This document shows positions 6,534 to 15,500 of a stretch of DNA of 25,179 nt, in pieces (position 1 is the first letter of the stretch; every line of letters starts with the position of its first letter). The position numbers and the translations under genes are program-made. The notes under the pieces are model-generated. The model ran no database searches. It was not told where the DNA came from and worked only from the letters and a program-made list of their open reading frames with translations. This DNA comes from a virus (taxonomy: Duplodnaviria > Caudoviricetes): the IMG/VR virus record IMGVR_UViG_3300031774_000140, positions 1 through 25,179 of that record; one strand, given 5' to 3'.

Positions 6534-9500
6534 TCTTCTATCGATTCAATGTATCGTTCCTGTACATAAAAGCTAGGCTTTACTAGACTAAGATAAGTAT
6601 CAAGAAATAATTTAAATGCCTCGAAATCCTTTGGCTTCATGTTGTCTTTCTTGCCCCTGAGATACGCATAGTAATCTCTAGCATTCTTCAATTGTTTAGG
6701 TAGCTTTCTGGCATCCCTCATATGTACCTTATACTGTTCGGGATAAGAGGTTCTCATGTGCTGTTCAGCTATGACTGGCTTTACAGATGACTTGAATGAG
6801 TTCGCAACTCTAATCTTATCGAATGGATTGTCTACCTGATTGATGAGTTTGATTAACCTTTCATCTCCTTCTCCTGAAATTAAATCACGACCATATCTTT
6901 CTGCGATAGTTTCGTATGCAGCTAGCTGTTCTTCATTTGACAACCTTCTGTCTCTTGGTAAGTCATCCAATGATGATATTAATTTTCTAACCTCGCTACT
7001 GGATAGCCCTACCATTTGAGTAGCTGCTAACGTAGTCTTAAGGGCAAAGTGAAGCATCATTGAGTTCTTGTCCTCAGGTCTAACATAATACTCTGCTCCT
7101 GTAGCGGTAACAACTTTGTTGTTAGGTAGCTGTAGGTTGTGTACTGTGGTTACGATGTCATCAATATAATCTCCGTAAGGTCCAGCCCAGCTGCCACCAT
7201 CTTCAAATATCGGTACGCCTTTATTTAATCTCACCCATCGTTCATACCCATCATCGTCACCAAGATTATAATCACCCTCTCTTGCCTTATCCAATTGATA
7301 CCAAACGCTTCTATTCAAAAAGGATTTGGCCTTGTTGTCTACCAAGGATAGCGGGGGTAAAGGAGAGAGGTCGATAACCGTTTGAGTGGCAATATCTCTG
7401 AGTGTATTTGATTTTTTCGGAGCTTCTTCATCATCTTCCCCGAATAGCAGTGCGCCTACATAAGCTGTAAGCCCTGCCAATACAATCTTGTTGGTGGCAT
7501 GGAACATAGCGGTCTCTACACTATGACCAAGCATAGCAACAGCACCTTCAGACTTAACTTTTAAATCCTGTCTGTTCTTAGGTATTAGTCCACTCATCCC
7601 ATCAGCTCCAACCATTCGCCACCAATCAGAAGACACACTTCTCTTTTTGTTTATGCTAAACCTTGCAAATGGAATGAGAAGATTTTTAGCTATGTGCATT
7701 CCCAAGTTGTTAAGACCTTTTTCTTGAGCATATATTTCAGCTGCTTCTCTAGTGGTAGAAGCTGACTGGTCTTTAGCAACCATCATATCAGAGTAACTCA
7801 GAGCTGTACTGTTGGGGGTCGCGGCCTCCGCCTCCCAGTCAATCTCTTCAAAGCTATCTACCACACCTTCGCTTATTAGAGCGTCACCATAGAACATAAA
7901 CCATGAAGCAACAGCTGCAATCTTGTCTGTACCCTTGAGGTTTTTTAAACTTATGTTTGTTAGCTTTCTCTGTAGCTTTGAGAATCCACCTTCATCAAGG
8001 TTTAGCTTGCCTGTGAATGGGTCAATGTTTCCTGCTTCGTAATCCCTTTGAAACACAGGTGAATTTTGCAGTAGCTTGTATCTACCACCGTCCATTGCTA
8101 GCTTGGAATCCTTTTTCGTTAGGGTCTCAATGTTAAACATCATGAACTCTGACATTATCTGAATCAGATAAGGGATAGACTTCATTGGGTTTTTGGTTTG
8201 GAAGGCAACACTCCACAGTACCTGTGATTGCTTCAGTGTTTGAAAGACAAAACCACCAAAGAGACTAACAACAACTGCATTTCTTAGTACGCTGATGGGG
8301 TTAACAAACTTAACTCCTCTTACCGTCTGTGTTGGTTGGAACGCTAGCGGAACTGTAGCTGAATCCTGCTGAACATACAGCATAATCTTTTTCTCTAGGT
8401 CGAGTCTGGATTTTCTGTTGGGAATCAATGATGCGGCAGCGTCACTATTAATTACATGATTAGCAACAACGACATCTCCTATAGTGTTTGATAGTATAAC
8501 GTTCTCCCGAATCGTTCTTTCATTTATAGCAACAAAATCTAATCCAATTTTGCTCTTCCCTTTTAGTGACCTTGGATTTCTTTCAAAGCTGCTACCTGCA
8601 ACTTTCTTAGAATGAGATAGAGACGTGCTGGCTAATGATTGCTGAAGGGAAAGTCTTAAGCTGAGTATGTCATCCACGTCCTTGACCCCTGTCTCAGGTA
8701 TAACCTTAAAGGCAGTGTAGTTCTCCTCTATCTCTAGCTCCTTGCCTAAATATCTCTCTACATAATTTTTAAATTGAGGCATCAAGGTAGAATGAATGTC
8801 CGCTACAAACTGAACGAACCCAGTAACGTCAGACCTGTCTCCCTCAACCCTTGCAATCATCTCAGATAGCGTTTCGTTCCCATTGAACATGTAAGAGTAC
8901 GCATCCTCGAATTCATTTATCTCTTCAACAGGGTATGTCTTTTGTTCAATGTAGTCATCAATCGTTCTTCTCATTGAATCTCTAAGCTCTATATACCAAG
9001 CTGCTTCAGCTCCACCACGCTCACCCTCGAAGCTCGGCAGCTGTCTTGCCATCGAATATATCTGAGCGATTGCCCTGTCATATCTAGTACCAACACTACC
9101 ACCCTCTTCCGATATCCTGTCAATCTCCTCGCTAATCATTTCAGTTAGCTGTGAGTGAATGAAGTCGGCCTTGGCAAAGCTTCCAACAAGCTGCGCAATA
9201 CCAAAGCTAACCCTAAGTTTAGCCGAAGTAATTCTGTCCGTTGGAATTAGGTTCTGAAGGAACGAGTTTATTGTTCCGAACGGAGCCAAGAAAACATTGG
9301 GCCTAGACTTTAATCCCTTTGACCGGGTGAGTTTAGATAATGAAGATGGTAGGTCAATGTTACCCCTAACCAAGGAGTGCATATAACCAATACCATACAC
9401 AGAATCATTTACAATGTAGTCGTCAAGCCTGTAGTCAAGGTTAATTACGTGATGTCTCTTTAGCAGGTTTAATCTATCTCTTAATACATCTAGGTCTAAG

Positions 9501-12500
9501 TCTTCAACACTATGAATTCCCAATATCTCAGCAATGTGATTGTCCTCTAGTAGCTTCTCAATGTTGGCTGCTATCCTAGGTATTAATACATCGTTGATTA
9601 TTGCGTCTTTCTTTAGCTCTTCTTTTGTAGAAGCTTGCTCTGCTAGAATCCCTGTTACAATATCAATGTGAGCTGGGTTGCTTTCGTTTAGAGCTATCGT
9701 CTCCCCGGTATCAGGGTTTACAGCTGTAGGGTTTTCGTCAATGAAGTTAAGTATCGCTCTTCTACTTGAAGACAATCTACTTCTCTCATAGTTCTTTAGT
9801 AGCTTTTCGTACTCCTGTTGAACGCTTGTACCGTTTTTAATTGCTCTTGACTGCGCTCTAGCCATGAACAATGACTGCCGACCAAGCTCCTCCATTGCAC
9901 TGTAATTGCTGAGTCTATTATACAGAGCTTCAGCGGTGCTTTTAGTGTACTCCACACCAACGTAAGCCTCCAGTTCTTTATCGAACACAGCCTCAGACTT
10001 CGACATGGATGTGATAGTCTCCATGATAGTAGCAACGAATCCCTCAAGTTCTTTTTGAGGTAGGAGTGCTGGGTTAATAGCAGCTAATCCTCTGGCTATC
10101 TTGGCGTATGTAGTTACATTCTTGGGTGAAGAGCCTCGCCCTTTCACCTTAGCCATTTTCTTTAGCCTCTTCTGTAGAGACTGAGCATACTTAATACCCT
10201 TAAGGTATTTCTCCATTTCAGCCTTGGCATCTCGGCTATCGAATATCACAGATATCTTATCAATGAATGATTGCATAGAGTCAAGACCTTCGCTCTGTGC
10301 TTTCTTTGCGCTAGTCTTGTGAGCTTGACGGATGAACTTAACAATACTCTTTACCTGACCCCTAGTAAACGGTGTCTTAGAATTCTCTTTCATCCTAGCG
10401 TCAATGAGCTCGATGGCCTTTGCTAAGAATTCATTGAATGTGCTTGACTTGTCTCTTATCTCCTCCAGTGACTTCTTTAGGTTACGGGCCTTGGTTGACA
10501 GCTTCTTTGCGTCGGCTGCATTCTTTGAGGCAACACGCATGCCCTCCTTCTTACCTTGAGTCCTTCCTTGCTTGTAAGCTACCGCTTGCTTAAACATCAT
10601 CTCGGAACCCTCTTTGGAGAAGCCCATGTCAACTAAGGTTTTAATTACCTCCGCCTTGGTGTGCGCGAAAGCATCTAGCTGTGAGGTTTCATCAAGCCCT
10701 GTGACAGGATTCTTTCTTCTCTTATCACGATTTACAATTGGCGATGGGTACTTCTGGTCTATTAATTGAGACACTTGTTTTAAGAAGCTGCCTTGAGCTT
10801 TTGACTCTTGAGCTACGATAGCTTGAGCCTTGGGCTTAACCTTGCCTGTCCCGAACGCTTGGTTTCTCATACCTAAGAGAGCGTACCATGCTGACTCTGC
10901 TGCCTTCAGCGGGTCTTTCGGTGAGCCGTCTTGCCTGAACCTCCCTTCATATTTGTTAGAGAACTTGTCTATGAAAGGTTGCTTTTCAAAACCTCTTTCA
11001 GTAGTAAGGATATCCTCTGCTGGCTCTTTGTCTTTAAATAAGTGAAGAGTTGGATTTTTCTTATTACCCTGTTCGTCTACCTGAAACAGCGCAGCAGGGA
11101 ATATAGGTGATGACTCTGGCTCCATAGCAAAAGACAGGTCGGAGTCAATCTCTACGGCGGCGTAAATCATTCCTTGAGGAACACCCTGAAGGAATCTCTC
11201 CGTAAGCATCTTAGAAACAACGCCCTTGGGGATACTTCCGCCTTGATTCTTACCTATGACTTCGCTGGCCAGTAGTTTCTGGATAGCCAATCTAGCCTCT
11301 TCATTTTCTTTTAGAGCGTCTCGCATATTAACAAACAACCTGTCCGTGTAATACTTTCTCTTACCGAATGTAGATTCATTTACATCCCCCATGTAAGCAA
11401 GTATTCTTTCTGATACATCTGAGAATGAACCGTCAATTCGGATTGGCTTTTTCTTTGGGAACGTTTGCTTAAACGATTTAATCAGAAGCTTGTTAAACAC
11501 AGACTCAGGCATAACACCCTGCTCAACAAGCTTTCTAAGTATGATTTCAGAAGCTTTAAGAGCCCCTGTATTACTGAACAGCTTCTCCTGTGTTCCGCTA
11601 ATCAAAGTGAAGAAGACTTTACCGTCAGGAGACTTCTTGCGCATGGCATTAATCTTATCGACCATTTCCTTGGCCTCCTTTGGCTTGGCAACAGCCCACA
11701 CATTACCAGTTCTTACAGGATAGAATACACCACCACCGCCCGTGAATATTAATTCGTTCTCAAAGTAGACATCACCAACCATAAGGTTGTCTGGAGACGA
11801 TGTAACCACAGTCCTCCCGGCCAGTAATTCATACACATCAGCATCATGCTTGACCGACTTGCTCATTAACTTCTTAAACTCCTTGTCGTCTTTACTGTAC
11901 CTGTTGGAGAAGCTACCAAACTTCTGGGCTTTGTTAGAAAAAGTTTGAGATGTGGGTAATCCGGCTTGACCGGGAAGCACCTTCTGAAACTTTACAGCTG
12001 AACCGTCCTTATTGATTACGTTAAATCTCTCATCAGACACAGCTACCTTCTCGGCGTTCTTAGCCAAAACTAAAGCTCCTATTTGAATTACTTCAGAAGC
12101 AGATACAATAGGCTTTCCATCTCTCTTGTCATAGAACCAGCTGTGACGGAAGGGATTCATACCAACTTGAATCCAACCCTCAAGCTTTCCTTCACCGAGT
12201 TCTGACTTGTTGTACTCCTCACTAGCCATGATGTCTTCAGCCCTGTCTCTCAATCCCTGCGGGTCATGATTATTCCAGTCACCAAACATCCTAGCTATTG
12301 TTGTTTTCCCCTTTTCAAGAGCTATGTTTAACGCTCCCTTGGCTATGGACTGAAACTCTACATTGGTAGCTAGTGCTGTTTGAGCATACCCAATTGACTT
12401 ACCACCTAAGTTTGGGGTCCTCTCTTCACCTCTAGCACCTTGGTGTACTGACACAACCCATACATCATAGTTGTCATATGCAGGAATGTCCAGTCTAAGG

Positions 12501-15500
12501 CCAACGTAATAGTTCTCAGGTATTTCTTTGTTAACCCCTATGATACCAGACTCAACCTTATTACTTGTAAGTGCAGCCCCAATGTCCATAGTCGTAGGTA
12601 CTGCCGGAACAGAAACAAATGGTGTTATTGGTGACTCTTCCCTTACAACCTGTATGTATTGGTCTTGATTAATTTCTTGAGAAACATAATTCTTTAAAGC
12701 ATCTACAACCTTGGGACTACGCTTTTGTCTTTGACTTTCATCTAGCTTTAATTCTTCTCTTCGCTTCTCTAGCTGCTCTTCGGTAACCCCCTCAGTAGAT
12801 AAAAAGGATTCTCTACCCGGTTTATCTTCTAGTGATTTTATGACTAGGGCCTGAGCCTTTCCGTTAGCCTTTCCTTCGGCATAGTTATAAGCTTCCATGT
12901 AGTCGCTCATTCTAATACCATCACCAATATTACCATCACCCTTGACAAAGAACACAACGTCAGGCTGGTCTTTAAGGGGAGAAGACTCACTATCCCATCC
13001 GTCTGGTGCAAACTCAGGATTGAAGTCAAGCCTAGCAACTGGCCTCCACCCGTTGTTTACGTACTGACGTTCAAGGTCTGTTGCAAATGCATCATAAAAC
13101 TTACCACCCTCTCTACCTCTAATGATTTGGAGTGGGTAGCTGACAGCTTTTAATTGAGAGTCTGGGTTTTTAAACAACCCCCCCATGTATCCGTCCTTGT
13201 TAACGTAAGCTCCAGCTAGTCCATCTTTAGTCATAAACAGTTTACCACCACCATCTAGAATTTCCTGAGCCTCTTCTTCCGAAAGGGGTGTCACTTGTAG
13301 TGCCATGAGTTTACCCATGTCTCGCATCCTACGAATAGCATCACTCATAGCTGTAGAGAACTGGGCAGCGTCGTTCACCTCCTCAACATCCCTCATTCTA
13401 GCGTTAATGCCTTGGGCCTTGGAGCTCATGTCGTCGAGCTCAACCATCATAGCGTTATAACCAGCTCTTGTTGCTGCTTCCCGAACGTCTTGAGTTCCTG
13501 TTACAGCCTCACCAGAGGCTAGCTGACCAGTCATCTTTTGAATAGCTGTGACTAGGTCTTGTTGTTTTGGGTCAACGTCTGTGAAGTCAACGTTTACATT
13601 AGGTATCTTATTTAAGGACGTATTGATAAAGCTCTTGAGAGAGTTTACCAGTCCTCTTTTTACCGTGGCCTCTAAGCCTCCTGTAGTAATATCAGCAAGC
13701 AATTCAACCAAGAACTCCTCTGCTACAGCGGGGTTGTTTAAAATGGCTTTACGAATGTTTCCCGCCGCTCCATACTTCTTTAGGAACTCAACATATTTTG
13801 GGCGTAGCTCACCAGAAAGATTTGCGAAAAGCTTTTCCGCTAGTCCTGTAACAGCTTCAACGCCTATTGACTCAAGGACCAAGTCGTGAAACGCCTCGTG
13901 AAATCCTGTATTTTCTAGCACCGCAGGAGCATAGATATGAATCTTTCCTTTACCAGTCCACATACCCCTAGCTACTTCTCCAGCCGCATCCTGAAAGGAG
14001 CTCTCGGTCTTGTGAATAACAACCCCATCAAGCTTGCCCGTTTTTGATAGAGCTTTTACAACCGTCATGACGTTAGCCATTGCTCGCCTCATCTGAGCAC
14101 CACTCTTAAATGTCTTGTCTTCTATCTGACGGACACCATCTAAGGTTGTGCCATTGATAGCGTCAAGCACGGCATCTACATTTTCTCCAGTCACGGTAAC
14201 TGAATCACCCTCTCCTTGGAATATCTCACCGTATCCATTGTACCTCTCGTCTATCTTAGACACACCCCTAAGTATTCTTCCAACTTCACTGCTTGAGTTT
14301 AGGTCATATTCTAAACCAAGCTCAGCCTCTTTCTTAGTTCGTTCATCAATCAAAGCTGTGAGCTGCCCTTTTAAAGTGCCCCTCTCGCTTTCGCTTTCAC
14401 TTCTGCTATGGTCAATGCCTAGCTTTGCAATCTTCTTTTGTATCTCCTCAAGACTGTTGAATGCCTCTGGGTTTGACTCTTGAAGTTGTTCGTAGAACTT
14501 AGAGCGTCCAAGCTTTTTGTCCCACGCTTTCATCACAGCTGCATTTAACTTCTCGCCAATCTCTTTTCTGAGGGCTTGACTCTCCGCCACATCATACTCA
14601 CGAGCTAGCTTTTTAATCTCAATGCTATCCCTTAGTCCGGGTATAGATGTAGCACTCATTGCTGCTGCACGGATACCAGCAGGAAGGTTGGCAGCTCCAG
14701 CTACCCCAGCACCTAGAAAAGCACCAGCATAAATCCCCTCTTTAGTTGCTTCCCAAAGTCCAGCTTGACTGAACTCTACGTTAGGGTTAGCAATTGAGTT
14801 GATGTAGTACTGTCCAGCTGCTGTGACTCCCTCTGTAATAGCCTCTTCAGTAGCACCTGCAAAAACAGATTTAATCAATCCTTTCGCAAAAGACTCAACA
14901 GACCTTTTACCAGCAGTTCTTAGTACGTTTGTTGCAATGGCTGCGCCGACAAATGCTGGTGCTCCTTCAAGGAATCCCATCGCGCTTGTGTATCCAGCTT
15001 TCTCAAAACCATCCATCTCTTGAAACCAACTCTCGTCTCTTACCGAGTTGTATGTAGATGCCATACCCATTGCGGTAGTAGCTGTTAAGGCCCCCCTGTT
15101 CTGAGCTTTCCCAGCCTGCTTAGCAATCCTAGCAGACGTAGTTGTCTTTTGTGATTTCCCTAATAGGTTTGTAGAGCGTACAGCATTTAAGTCTTTGTTT
15201 GCCTCTATAATTTTTCGACCAGCAGCAACTTTGTCCGCGCCCTTAAGCTTACTGAACTTCCTACCAATCCCCATACCTCTAGTTGAACGACCACGAGTGA
15301 CAACACCTGCCGCTAAAGCCGCCCCCATCATTGGTACTGACTCACCGAACATCCGTAAGTTTTCATTCACCCAAGAACCCATGTTCGCTGTGGTGGTCTC
15401 GTCCTCATCTACACCACTACCGATACCCGTAAACTCTGTGAATGTCTTGCCAAATAATTGTTCGGTTCTTGTGGCGTAACTCTGAAGAGAGAAGGGTAAT

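Noticed and set aside
9796-10047. Nested same-strand 83-aa ORF in the giant gene
   Set aside because: Length is expected by chance in a 10-kb gene; no lipobox or other signal for an embedded gene.
10830-15479. Several + strand ORFs of 66-113 aa inside the giant gene
   Set aside because: Antisense shadows with Ser/Pro/Phe-rich composition and no motifs.
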